DNA of 64,000 nt, taken from positions 48,422,001 to 48,486,000 of the forward strand of contig OX597821.1 of the NCBI GenBank assembly GCA_951406725.2. Reading direction: 5' to 3'. Below the pieces are notes generated by a model that did not search any database, had not been told where the DNA came from, and saw only the letters and a list, made by a program, of their open reading frames with translations. This DNA is from Octopus vulgaris (lineage: Eukaryota). Below are positions 51,447 to 64,000 of the stretch, piece by piece (within the stretch, counting starts at the first letter, position 1; the number at the start of each line of letters is the position of its first letter). The translations under genes and the position numbers were made by a program.

Positions 51447-51669
51447 AATATATAAAAAGACAACGCTCATTATTATATTAGCAGATTATGCATACATTTT
51501 AACACTTTACAGTATACTTACATATATACATAATTCTATACATCAATCTAAAACAACAGGATTACTAAAGGAAGGCTGGAATATAAGAGAAGAGAAAACC
51601 AAAAGGTCTCATGATATTCATTGAAGGATTTTATTTCAGATTTTCTCATATGTACGTGTGGCTTATCTC

Positions 51670-51990
51670 TTTAAAACTTGTTTCAGTCAGTGGAGAGTGG
51701 TCCTGCAAGGACACCACCTTGAAGGGTTTTAGTTGAACAGATCTACCATAGTAGTTATTTTAAAGTCAGTACTTATTCTATCATTTTTGTTTGTCTTTTT
51801 TTTTTTTGCTAAATTGCAAAGTTATAGGAATGTAAATAAACTAGCATCAGTTGACAAGCAATAGGAAAGACAAACACAGACACAAAGACACACACAAACA
51901 CACAAGAACGCATACACACATGACAATGTGTGTAGTGCTGTGAGAGTACACCTAAAACCCTATCGTTGCAAACCAAGCTTTTTAACTACA
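51670..51990 (-). mobile_element. SINE family A, old copy
   Basis: acttgtttcagtca...agtacttattctatc...gacaaacacagacac. Confidence 0.65.
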
Positions 51991-52757
51991 CAATCAAACC
52001 TATGTCTATTCCATAAAAACAATAATTTCAGTTTAATGCCATTTTAAAAACATGTACTGTTTTAGATGTTGTGTGCTTGTAAATCTATTCACTCAGTCAA
52101 ATCTTGTATTATTTCTATCAGTCCTTCAAATGATCTATTTAGTCCTATTACAGGAAGTGGCATGGACTCTAACTGATGTAGTTTGTTGACTTACCCAAGT
52201 TTGATATTTCTCTAGTAGTAATATTGGTTTTGGTTGTTTCCATAAAGGCATTAATTCTTGTCTCTTATTCAGGATATTAGAAAGCTACTTCAAGGTGAAT
52301 GTTTTGCTTTAAAGTTTACCCTTTTCTGATCTGTTGATATATGGTGCTACATTATTAATAAATGCAAACCTATTGATCCTGGTGCCTTTAATATCTAGCA
52401 AACACAGAATATCTTCAAAATCTATTACCTTCATCTTTGAAATAAGTTCTAGATCAACAGAGCTTTCCAATTACATCTTGCACTTAAATGAATCAAGTGC
52501 TATCCTATTTCAACACATATCTATATCTCAGGACTTTTCTTTTATAGAATTTCTAGTAAATTTTGTAAAGTGGTAAATGAAATATTGACAAAACAAATTA
52601 AACTAATTTAACAACCATAACTTGTAAATTATCCTTATTAACACCTCTGAGCTGTCTTCAATATGTCCCTATTAATTCTCTTATGCTAACTTCAGATTAT
52701 CTTCTTTACTATAAATGGAGTTTTATGGCCCAATAATACTCAAAGCAAAACTACACA

Positions 52758-53408
52758 TCTATATATATAAAACTCAACTTGTGTATCTGTGTGTTTAACC
52801 TCCTGGCACATCTTCTCCTAGCCAACAAATCGTAGAACCACCAAAAATGGATCACTTAAAGTTTAGGCGAATGAAAATTGAACTGCACTATTTCTGTTCC
52901 GAAATTCATCTCGCAATGCAAAAATCAATAATATGTTTGTTTAGGCCTTATCCCATGCATTGAATAGTGAACTTTACTCAGTCAGCTGTTTGACGTGAAC
53001 TGTGTTCACCACATGTGCAAGCATGCGTAAATTGCATGAAAAAAAAAATCAAGATGTAAAAACGAATCACCGTAAACATTGTAGAAATTTGGCAAAGAAA
53101 TGAATTTTCGGGATGTAGCCTGGAGGGTTTTTTCGTATTAATCGTTTGGACTTTGTGAACACATACCAATTGTTTTCATAACATTTTTAATGCTTTGAAT
53201 TAAATGTGACCATTTTGCATTGAGTCTGCAGTTTGAATCACTTTAACCAAATTTTAGCAGGCCGGATTTTTGATCATCACGATGCATCGCCAGCGACTCC
53301 TTGAAACTCTCCCCTGAAATCCCCATTGAGAAATCTATTATATATATAATAATACTTTGAATGTGACTCCTGAGAAAGAATAAAAGTAACGATGGGTATT
53401 ACTGCTAG
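52758..53408 (+). mobile_element. Non-autonomous Helitron
   Basis: A|TCtatatatataaaact start and actgCTAG|T end; hairpin decayed. Confidence 0.65.
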
Positions 53409-53554
53409 TGTAAAATAAACGTATATCTACATGTTTTAATCCTTTCAATACCAGCCCTTCAAAGACTGCCCCTGATTCTATAATACAAACTTTCTATTTA
53501 GATTGATGTAAATTAAATTTTAAAGAAAGAGGGTTATTTGAGTAATAAACTACC

Positions 53555-53870
53555 TATTACTCAACTGGTAGTTTATTTTATCAACTCAGAAAGAACGAAA
53601 GTAAAATTGACTTTGGTAGAATTCGAGCTCAGAATGTAAAAAGCTGGAAGAAACACCACTAAGCATTTTGTCTGGTGCTTTAACAATTCTGTCAGCTTGC
53701 TACCTTTGGTTTCAAAGTTTGGTACAAAGCCTGCAATTTTAGGGTAGGGTTTAGTTGATTACATTGACCTTAGTGTTCAACTGGTACTTATTTTATTGAC
53801 CTTGAAAGGTTGAATGGCAGAGTCGCATAGTGTTTTGTCCATGCTAATAATTCTGCCAGCTCACTGCTTA
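53555..53870 (-). mobile_element. Two tandem SINE family B copies, diverged
   Basis: caactggta..ttattttat..., gaattcgagctcagaatgtaa, ttctgccagctcac repeated. Confidence 0.65.
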
Positions 53871-56800
53871 AACACCAGATTAATAATGAGACAAAGGTAT
53901 TTTACTAAATTTTTTTATTTTCAAAAATTAAATGAAACAAAGGCAGTATATTTCAAACAAACAGTGTTAAAATAGTTTTAAACATATATATATATAAAGT
54001 GTTTCATAAGTAATCAAAGATTATTAATTGATATTAGACATTCTAAGTTTTAATTTGAGAAGGAAATGGTTAAGTGCAGAATGTTGAGTTGGTGTCCTGT
54101 CAGTGAGCATTTTGCTTAGTTCTACCACTCATTTTAGCATTGTCAATGTTTAATACCATATACATACTGAGCTCATTGGTTATCACATAGAATGGTATAT
54201 TGTATAATTAACTGAGACAGACTCATAGTTTAATATTTGTACTTCTCTTATCTAAGGATATTAAAATCAGTGAACAAGCTGATACTTTTAAATCACTGGC
54301 AAATATACTTTAAACTAGCTAAGAAACTCCTCCTAAACTATTCCTCACAGGAAGAACAAAGAAAGCAGCATTATGAAAATGATGAATACACTTCCTGTTG
54401 TTGACAGTTTTGTGAAAGATTTTTGGCATTCAGTGAGGCTATATAATGAAGATAGTTACTGATGGTAAAGAACAGAATGAATATTGATGCAGAAAAAATT
54501 TACTATGAAGTTTACACCTCGCTACTGAAAATTTGACTTAATAATCATATCATAGAACTGTATGACAACTATTTTGATAGATATTACACATGTTAAAGTG
54601 CAGCTGAGTTTATGTTTTTATTTGTTACATTCGTTGAAAAAGACTGAAGATATCACCTTGGCAATAAAACCTAGTTTTGATGACTGCAAGTTTATGTTCT
54701 ATGTGTGCCATAAATTAATTACAAAGACATGAGCACCTAAACAAACATTCTAAGTTTCAATGTGATCTTCCATGCCGGAAAAACTAATAGGATATTACTC
54801 TTATAAGGAATTATGATTTCCTACAAGGCAAAACGACCATCATAAACATGTATGGGAAGTTTTTAGCTGATGGTATTTCCTCAAGTGCATCACTGATACT
54901 TACTGAAAATAAAAGAGTTTCTATACAGACCTGTCAGACATAACAGCCAAATTTTCTTTGAATTCTACTCTATTATCTTAAAAATAACCTAATCCTGTCC
55001 AAAAAATATGGGGTGGTCATGGCTGGGATGCATTTACTATTAGATCTCTGGATAGAGGAAATGGAAAGTCAACCTAATGGAGTTTGAATGTAGAATATAG
55101 AGACAAAATATAGTACTGGTAGCTGTATAGTGTAGTGCTTTACTGTTTTTGATACTATTTTAACTTTGTTTTAGAAATGATAATATCTTTGCATAGACAC
55201 AAAGTCAGAAATTTTGTGGGGAGGGAAAAATCACGTATACTTGACTGGTGCTTTATTCTTTGATGTGAGAAGGTTAAAAAGTAAAGCAGACCTCAGTGGG
55301 ATTTGAACACAGAATATAAAGAGCCAGAACAAATATTATGGAACACTTTGTCTGAGATTTTAATGGTTCCACTACCCCTGTTTTATAATGAATTGTGGAT
55401 GCTTTTCCCTTTTCTAAACTTCTCCTTGCTGATGAACTGAATTGGCCCTGAAATGTCAGGGCATCACAACCAAAACACAATGACAATGTATGGTGATCAC
55501 TCAACACTACCAGCTAATTAAACATTTAACAATGTTACTATGCTACTACTGGCACTTACAATGGTGTTCAGTATTCTACCTATTCTAGACATTTGCAGTG
55601 AGGAGATATGCTATATCAATTATTCATCTGATTCTTGTTGTTTACATTCACATCAGCACTGATGAGCAGATCCTTAACCAGAGGTGTTCTATATTTCTAC
55701 TGGTAATGACATAACTCATTGTGTTTCTTCCTTCCCTAGTGTGTAATTTGGAGAAGATTTGACTGCTATTTCTAGCTCACTTATTAACTCTGTAATAACT
55801 ACTTATTAACTACTAATGTAGTTCTGGATATACTATGTCTGTAAAAATCGATGGTATGATCATGACAAGAAGGACTTCCAAAACATGACTAAATTTTCCT
55901 TCTTTTTCCATTGTTTTGAAGATGGTACAGTGTGATTGGAAAAATTTTGACTATTATTTCTAGTAAATCCAACAACCACCTAGCTTCTCCATTAATGTAT
56001 TCGTAAATATTCTGTAGAAGATTTGATTAATTTTACACTTCTCATAAAAAAATATATTGTTTTATGAGAAATTAGTAAACATTTTAGGAATTGGATTGGA
56101 AATATTTTGTTTTGAAAGTCAAAATGATTGTAAAATAAAACCATGATATAACAGTACCATGAAAGCAGTTTGTTTAATAGTTGTAATGTTTTACACCATC
56201 AGAACATATAAGGGTAGTTGACTGGTTAGAACATTGGAAAAATATTTTGCAATGTTTGTTCAGAATCTTTTCATTCTGGGTTCAGATCCTGCCAATGGCT
56301 TTCTCCCTTCTGGGATTGATGGAATAAAGTATCGAACAAGTAGTGAAGTTACTGATATCAAATAATCCCACCCTTCAAAACTTTTGGCCTTGTGCTTAAA
56401 TCAGAAATCATTGGAAGAATACATCCCTACATAAACTTCTGTAAGATGTCAATCAGTGAGAACTAGGAAATTCTCACCCAATTTTTATGGTGGTAGGAAC
56501 AAAATATTGTCACATTATGGCCCAAATATTGTGGTTCTTGTAATCAGAATTAAGAGCAAGTATTGGTCAGTTAATACTGACCTAGAAATTAATTTTATAC
56601 ATTCATCTTTGAACAGCTTTCATTTCCATAAACAGCAGGTTGTGTCAAATCTCTGACTATGCTAAGGTTTCGAAGAAATATATCTTTTATCTGGGCAGCA
56701 TTCATAAAAGATTTCCTCTCCTTTTTGATATTTGTCTTGTATCATGTTCTTTGGCTGCAAGTCAATAACTTTCAGTTGGAAATCTAACGTCAAGTTCTTT

Positions 56801-57309
56801 GATAATGCAGTGATATGGATTTTGGAAAATTTTTTATGCTTTTGCATTTTAGTTGAGATCTGAGAAGACTTTTTTGTGTGAATGCTTCATGTGAATTCAG
56901 AAAGAAATAGAGAATTTGCTTCTTGGTTAAATTTTTCACTGAATGGAAAGTAGTTGCAGTTATTTAGCATTAGAAGAGAGTGAAAAAAAGTTAATTTACA
57001 CTGAAAGGCTTTCATTGTAGAGTATGTGTTGCATATAAGCTTAAAATCACTTTATAGTAAAAAATTAAACACATTAAGACAGAACACTAATTTCCACCAC
57101 CATTCACCATTTACAAGAAAAGCTGAACAACTTTTCTCATTACAAAAATTTTCAATCTCCATCTGAAGTCACAGAAACCATAAGCTGATTTTGCTGAGAT
57201 GTCTTACAGCATTATGGCATGGCAGGTCAGTATAGTCAACTTCAATTTTTTTCAAAACTTTTGGAAAACAGGCAATGATTGAGTACATGTAATCAATTTA
57301 TAATTCACC

Positions 57310-57620
57310 ACTAGTGATACAACTCTCCGCAGCCTCCTATCTCATAGTTGTCACATGCACTGCTATGGACATGTCTCCTATCTCTTGCTAGATCATCCTG
57401 CCAGGGCTTTACTCTCATTTGACACAGTAGCTGTGAGCTGGAAGAGACCTTGGGGAAGATCTCCAGAGGCTCAATGTCATCATGGAGGATGCAGAGGGCC
57501 AGGTACTGGATCACCAGCAATGGAGAGCACTGTTGGGCCTGATTGGCTCTATGCATGATGACGTCTCTGGGATGACTAAACTGGGATGATCCGCACCCCA
57601 TCAAGCATGAACATAAAGCA
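57310..57620 (+). mobile_element. RTE-type LINE C-terminal fragment, old
   Basis: HCYGHVSYL..DHPARALL......WKRPWGR, resembling WFGHV.R...WKRPRGRP. Confidence 0.6.
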
Positions 57621-59769
57621 AGAAGCAGCAGCAAGCTGATACAACTGTTCAAACATTGTAGATATTGTACGACCAGTATTGTTACAAGCATTATAGACTC
57701 GTCCACTGAGACCTTTTCCTACTTTACACATATTTTCCCTCCATCAAATATAATACACCATACACATTTTCAAACCAGATTGTTCCCACCACCTCTTTGA
57801 AAATGTCTTCACTATTAGTTCTTTCTATTTATGATGCTCACTGAATTTAGTTCTTCTATAACTTCAAAGTAGAATTAATTCTTCAAATAAACTATAGCAA
57901 TTCTGAGTTGGCAGGAATGTTAGTTGGCTTATCAAGATCTAAAAGAAAAAGCATTAGCAATCTTGGGTTTTATTGTTTAATTAGCATATAAGTATTTTGA
58001 TAATACTTCTATATTTTGGCTAAGTGTTTGACCAATTTAAGAAAGTTTCCTCTATTGAACTTTCTTAATATTCCTTGGTAGAGCAGGAAAATATATGAAA
58101 ATAACAAGTGTAATAGATTAATTATGTAACTAAATTGAAAGGTACATGGAGACTTGGTAACAAAGAGTAAAACTTAAGATTTAATTATTCTCTGCAAATT
58201 CTTTTGAGAAAAAGAGGTAAAAGAGGACAATATTTTGATAGAATTGAGAGTATTTTATTTCTGCAAGTCACTGCCACGAATGATTTGAAATCCACCTTGA
58301 ATTGTCTTAAAGTGTATCTTGTCTAGCTTGTCTTTCCAAATATATACACATGAATTATCAAATAGATTACATATTCAGTAACAGCAAGTTTGGAGAAATT
58401 CTTTCCCACATTCAATTTTAGTATAAGCTGTAATGCTTGAGTGAAGTAGATAGACCCTTGAATCTCTAATTGCTTAGTATCTTTGATAATAATGAAGAAC
58501 TGATAAACATTTTCAAACACATAGCCAACAGGGGAATGTATTTGTAATTTATTAAAGTATATTGGTTTCCTTATTCTTCAGTAAGAATTTCCTATTTGTT
58601 TCTGTATTTTCCTGATAAGGATCAATATTTTTCTGTTGCTACATAAGAAGTTTAGCCATCCTATTAAATAGCCAACAGTATATTTCTAGAAATCTTTAAT
58701 TTGCACTTTCATATTATTCAATATTTAAATGTATGTACATTAGTGTTTATATTGTAACATATATGAATATTGTAGTATATGTGATAAGCAAGATATGAGC
58801 CAATATAAGGAAAAAATTGAATAATAATTGTAAATATTTCAATATTTTCATATCGTTTGAAAATTTTGCAATAAAAGCATCCTTTTATCACAACGAATTT
58901 TCATTTATTTTCATTAATCATTTTTGTATATAAATATAATGCAGTGAATTAATGAATTTTAAAATATCACATACAGTTATAACCTTTATTTTAGAATATA
59001 AATATATTTAAAGCCTATTGAGGATTTCATTTCAGAAAATATATGAGAGCCTCTTTATACCAAAACCCTGCCCTATGGAGAATTTATGCATATTTAGTGA
59101 ATACAATTGTCTCGCTTCATATTGTGTCCAATACTTTATTGTATCATCTACTAAATATTTAATCCACAAAGTTGCATAAAAATGCAATTTTTCACCTATT
59201 TGGCAATTGCTCTCTATAGTTGGCGGTGACTGGACACATCTGGTTTTCGGCTGGCGTGAAAAGATTATGGAATGAAACAAGTAGGGGATCAAGTCAAGAG
59301 TTATGTCCCTTGGTACCGAAACCTTGCCACTAGGTTGGTTTTCCTGCAAGTCAATATGAGCTTTCTTGAAGGGTTCGTGGGACATGTATGCATCTTTCAG
59401 GTTGATGTTCTTATGGAAATTAGGTATGAGTAGTGGTACTATGCGTATAACTTTTTCAGGGGATGCAGGCATACACAACAGTGTTCATTAGTGTTTCTTT
59501 CTATATTGGTTAAGGTTGTTGGGGATTTATGTATGTATGTGGTGTGTGTAGGTGAACAATGTGTAGGGGTGAGTTTATATTGGTGGGGAGGGGAAAACAG
59601 TCTATTTGATAGGTGTCCACTGTGTTGGGGCATGCATGTTTGTATGTGGGTGCATTGATGAATTCTCTGGTCAAACTCTTTGCTGGACTCCAGAGTTTTG
59701 GTGGAGAAATGGAGCTAAGGGGACTGATGATTGTAGTCATGATGAGGCACGCTGGTATGATAGGATATA

Positions 59770-60105
59770 CTTCCTTTCATGTGGGCAAGGATTAAACACT
59801 TCACTTCTGCTATTCAGGTAAATGCCTGAGTGCTGGCTCTCTTTTCTCAGCCAGGCACAACCTACATTTCTTGCTACTATTAAAGTGCAGTTTACATTTA
59901 TTTAGATCTTACACTTTATGGTGTACTCGGTGATGCTTTCTTTCAAAGACCAAAAGTGCTTGGCCAGAGTTGTGGCGTTGTGTCTCTCCAGGATGTTGAA
60001 GGAGGACTTGTGATTGTTAAAGCAGTTTCTGAAGGGATCTTCAGTTACTCCCACATACTTTCACACATTTAGTTGCCCATTTGGTTCTATTGCTGTTACC
60101 TCTGT
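59770..60105 (-). mobile_element. Penelope-like GIY-YIG endonuclease C-terminal remnant
   Basis: KYVGVTEDPFRNCFNNHKSSF...ATTLAKHFWSLK...SKKCRLCLAEK...YLNSRSE...CPH. Confidence 0.82.
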
Positions 60106-60259
60106 ATATATGTATGTAATATATGTATATATGTATTATATATATATATAAATGTAAAGATAAGTAAGTTAGGCAAGTCGTACAGATGACAAGGGAGTTT
60201 TCCCATTATGTATGTATATATGCACGCACACACACAAACAAAAACTCATATATAAATAT

Positions 60260-60856
60260 TTTGCTGCTAATCGTTTTTAAATGTTTGAACTTATACACTA
60301 ACGAGCTTGCCTTCCCTATCTTATTCTTTCTCTACGAAATTTAATCCCTTAAGGTACCCTCTATCTTTCTCTACGAAGTTTAACTCGATCTTCGCCATGC
60401 TTTCCCTATCTTTATCTATCTCTACGAAGTTTAATCCGATCTTCGCCATTCGCGGTATCTTCTTCAAAAACGAAATCGCCATTACCATTACCATTCCCAA
60501 ATTCAAACTTCCGTCTTCTCCAAATCAGAGACTTCCGGTCAATCCATCTAAAGGCACCTGGTCCCCCCCCACCCCTATCATTCTTCCTGATCACTGATGT
60601 TCACAGCAAGTCAATATTTTTTCTCTCCCTATCTTCCGTATCTCGCACAACTTACATACATTTGCCGCTAATCGTTTTTAAATGTTTGAACTTATACACT
60701 AACGAGCTTGCCTTCCCTATCTTATTCTTTCTCTACAAATTTAATCCCTTAAGGTACCCTCTATCTTTCTCTACGAAGTTTAACTCGATCTTCGCCACGC
60801 TTTCCCTATCTTTATCTTTCTCTACGAAGTTTAATCCGATCTTCGCCATTCGCGGT
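60260..60856 (+). repeat. ~197-bp direct duplication (60260-60456 and 60661-60856)
   Basis: About four differences by eye; internal subrepeats ctttctctacgaagtttaa. Confidence 0.92.
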
Positions 60857-60860
60857 GCTC

Positions 60861-60971
60861 CCGCCCTTTCCCACCCCCACCACCAATACCGGTGAACCCG
60901 CCCTTTCCCACCCCCACCACCAATACCGGTGAACCCGCCCTTTCCCACCCCCACCACCAATACCGGTGAAC
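60861..60971 (+). repeat. 37-bp perfect tandem repeat, 3 copies
   Basis: ccgccctttcccacccccaccaccaataccggtgaac. Confidence 0.95.
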
Positions 60972-61359
60972 ACTGTTCACACCATCTACACCGGATATGC
61001 CCTCCTCCCTCCTTCTCCCCCACCACCATTACGTGTCTCCCCCTCCTACCCCTCCTCCTCACATGCTTTCACCTTCCCCCACCAAGACAAGCAGCTAGCG
61101 CGGCAGCTCATCAACTGCCCCACTGATCTTACGTTCCTCCTGTTTTGAATCTGTCACCGCCTCAACCGGCTATCTCCTTCCAGTCCCCCCCCTCGTGATA
61201 TCCTGCACTTTTATCTCTTACGAACCTGTTCCAACCCCTCCCTGTCATCGTTCCTCCTTACCCCAACCTTCCCCGCTGGTGCTTCCCTATATTACCTGCA
61301 CCCCCCCCACTTTCTCTCCCTCTCTTCTCACTGGTGGAACCTTTCTCAGCTGGACCCCC

Positions 61360-61948
61360 CCCAGACCCAGGAAGACATGGGATGAGGCAATCAAGCATGA
61401 CCTCAGAGCATTGGGCCTCACTGAGGCAATGGCGAAGGACCGAGATCTCTGGAGATATGCTGTGACTGCAAAGACCCGGGCTGCTTCCTGCATCAGTTCC
61501 GCATAGCCCCTGCCCATTCAAAGTATCCCAGATCGTCCCGCTGTGCTTGAGGAGACCTGTTGAGTCAAGTACATGAACACTCCGAACACCCCTCCCCACT
61601 GGTGCTCCCCTATATTTCTGCACCCTTCCCCCCCACATAAAAAGCACCATCTGAACATGGCCGATGCCAGCACCGCCCTGACTGGCTTCTGTGCAGGTGG
61701 CACATAAAAAGCACAAACCGACCATGGCCGATGCCAGACCCCTCTGGCACCTGTGCAGGTGGCACATAAGCACCCACTACACTCGCGGAGTGGTTGGCGT
61801 TAGGAAGGGCATCCAACTGTAGAAACACTGCCAGACCAGACTGGAGCCTGGGGCAGCCCCTGGCTCCCCAGACCCCGGTCGAAACCGTCCAACCCGTGCT
61901 AGCGCGGAAAACGGACGTTAACGATGATGATGATGATGATGATGATGA
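61360..61948 (+). mobile_element. RTE-type LINE 3' end (ORF terminus, 3' UTR, (GAT)n tail)
   Basis: RPRKTWDEAIKHDLRALGLTEAMAKDRDLWRYAV, stop, UTR with internal repeats, then a gatgatgat tail. Confidence 0.88.
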
Positions 61949-62009
61949 TACACACACAAACACAGACTCATATATATCTAAAAGCTTGGAGGAGTTGCTA
62001 CATCTGTGA

Positions 62010-62940
62010 AGATGTCACACTCCTTTTATCACTGGCATGCTCAAACTCAGTTAGTGAAGCAAACTCTTTTAGTTAGAGAATTTTACCTCTGTTACTGAGT
62101 TTTAGCAGATCTCCTATGTTTAATAGCAATATGGGTGTGATATCTGTGTGGGTGTTACTGGTGTTAGTGGTGGCTGTCTTGGGCCCATAATCTGAGGTGG
62201 TCTTGTGCACTGAAATGCATAGCTTTGATTTTGTATTTTTGGCATCCATATCAGCTGCTGCACTCTCTTCTGGGCCATGTTCAGAAAAAGCTTGTTGCTT
62301 GATAGCTGCAGTTCATACAGCCACTACATATTGCCTTTTGAGGGGTGCGGAGGCGATATAGTGATTTCTTTTCCTATTGTTATCCCTGCATCTTCCCGTT
62401 GGTGCACTATTAGCCTGTAGGTTCATGTCTGACAATTTCCCTCTTCTACATTTTTGCTGGTTTTGTTTTGGTCAGTTACCCTGTTTCTTGTTTTGATGAG
62501 GCTTAAGATGGGCAAAACTGCAGTTGATCCCCTTTTCTCTATGTCAGAAGGTGCCATTTAAATAAAATTTACAGACAATCTTGGCTCTGTCAGTTTCTTT
62601 CCTTGTATTTGTTCATTTTCCCTTTTGGTGTTTCAGGTTTTTGCCTTTGTTCTTGTCTTTGTTTTTGGTTTCGGGTTTAAGGGCATCACTTTTCTTGGCT
62701 GCATTGCTTATTTGTCTATCTCTGTTTTTCACTACAATTCTGTTTTGACTGTTGTTGTTGCTGCTTTTATTACTGTTTTTAAGATGGTTGGTATTCATGG
62801 TTGCTTTTGTGATGCCGTCTGTTTGTCCTTCATGGGTTTGAAGACATACAGCATTGTCATTGATCACTTCATCTTTTTCCTTCATAATGCTGTCTAGGAG
62901 GTCAAGATGAGGGATGAAGTGGTGAGAACCAATCTCAGGG
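62010..62940 (-). mobile_element. Decayed LINE ORF1 (CCCH-like) and ORF2 start, CR1-like
   Basis: K/N-rich ORF, then VCKFYLNGTF*HREKGINCSFAH, then ILLLNIGDLLKLSNK (endonuclease N-terminus-like). Confidence 0.5.
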
Positions 62941-63749
62941 TGTTATGGCTCACAGAGGAAATAAGTATGGATGTCTGGTGATATGAGGTTCTAAAGAAGA
63001 ACTACCCAAATTACCGAAACTGAATTCTAGAAGCATTGTGTCCCACTCACACTTAACAATAAACTTTCCACACACCCTACACCAAGAAACCAAACTGCAT
63101 CCCATCTTCTAAACTGCATCTTTCATTTCCTCACATTTCTTCTTCATACACTATGATTTTCTCCTACCCCACTTCCCAGCCCTCACTGCTCTGCTCACTT
63201 TATCACTGCTTTCCTCCACCCCGTCTTTATACCTAAGTTTTCACCAGTCACTGCAATCCCCACTCCCTACCTTGAGCACATGCCCTGGTAATTGCCACCA
63301 TTTATCTCTTTCTCTCTTACTCTACCATTACATCTATGCACTGATACTTGTTACTTATGAGTATACCTGGCACTTCACCACCATCTCTCTCCTGCTCTCT
63401 CTTGCAGGATAGCCATGTATCTCTGCTACAGCAGCACACATGCTTCTGCCTTCATCCTGGTTCACTCTCTCCCTCTCTTTCTCCTTCTCTTGCTTTTCCC
63501 TATAGACAAGCAACTAAGTATCCCCTTTACATCAGCACACCTGTTTCTGCCCTCTTTCTTGTACCTCTCTATCTTTCTTCCTTCTCTCCTTCTCTCTCTG
63601 GCCAGGTAACCATCTATCTCCTCTATTGCAAGACACCTGTTGCTGCCTCTCTGTTTCTTTGTCACACTCTAACTTTTCCTCATCTGACACAAAATACTCT
63701 CCTCCAATACCCCCATCCTTCTCGAAATTCCTTGTCTTGCAAGTTACCT

Positions 63750-64000
63750 GGTGACCCTGCAGGTGCTGGTGTCATGTAAAAACCATCCAGTCTACACTGA
63801 AAAGTGGTTGGCATTTGGAAGGGCATCCAGCTCTAAAAATCATGTCAAAACTAACCTTGCCAGTGCTAGTACCACATAAAAAGTACTCAGTCCACTTTGC
63901 AGAGTGGTTGGTGTTAGGAAGGGTACCCAGCTGTAAAAAACATGTCAAAACAGACAGTAACTTGAGGTAGTGTTCTACCTGGCCAGCTCCTGTCAACCAT
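63750..64000 (+). mobile_element. RTE 3' UTR-derived repeat with tandemly duplicated core
   Basis: gtggttggc.tt.ggaagggcatccagct motif occurs twice. Confidence 0.7.

Overview
AT-rich eukaryotic DNA, densely covered by repeats. It is almost certainly from an octopod cephalopod, judged from recurrent Octopus-type tRNA-derived SINEs, RTE 3' tails ending in (GAT)n and very dense microsatellites. I can support no intact host protein-coding gene. Nearly all listed ORFs come from microsatellites, SINEs or decayed transposons. The window holds about 25 SINE copies of at least 4 families, two decayed autonomous Helitrons and four non-autonomous Helitrons with A|TC...CTAG|T ends. It also holds a solo LTR with a 6-bp TSD, mariner and DD37D (maT) remnants, R4/Dong, RTE, CR1 and Penelope-like remnants, and MITEs (one with an 8-bp TSD). 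Many insertions are nested. The most interesting signal is a set of minimal type-I hammerhead-ribozyme motifs in Penelope-like terminal repeats, two of which carry a compensatory U3-A8 core pair. Also notable are several long, nearly perfect fold-back palindromes and inverted SINE pairs that would form dsRNA if transcribed. A few exon-like segments are reported at low confidence. All assignments were made by eye, no database search was run, and element boundaries are approximate unless a TSD or terminus is stated.
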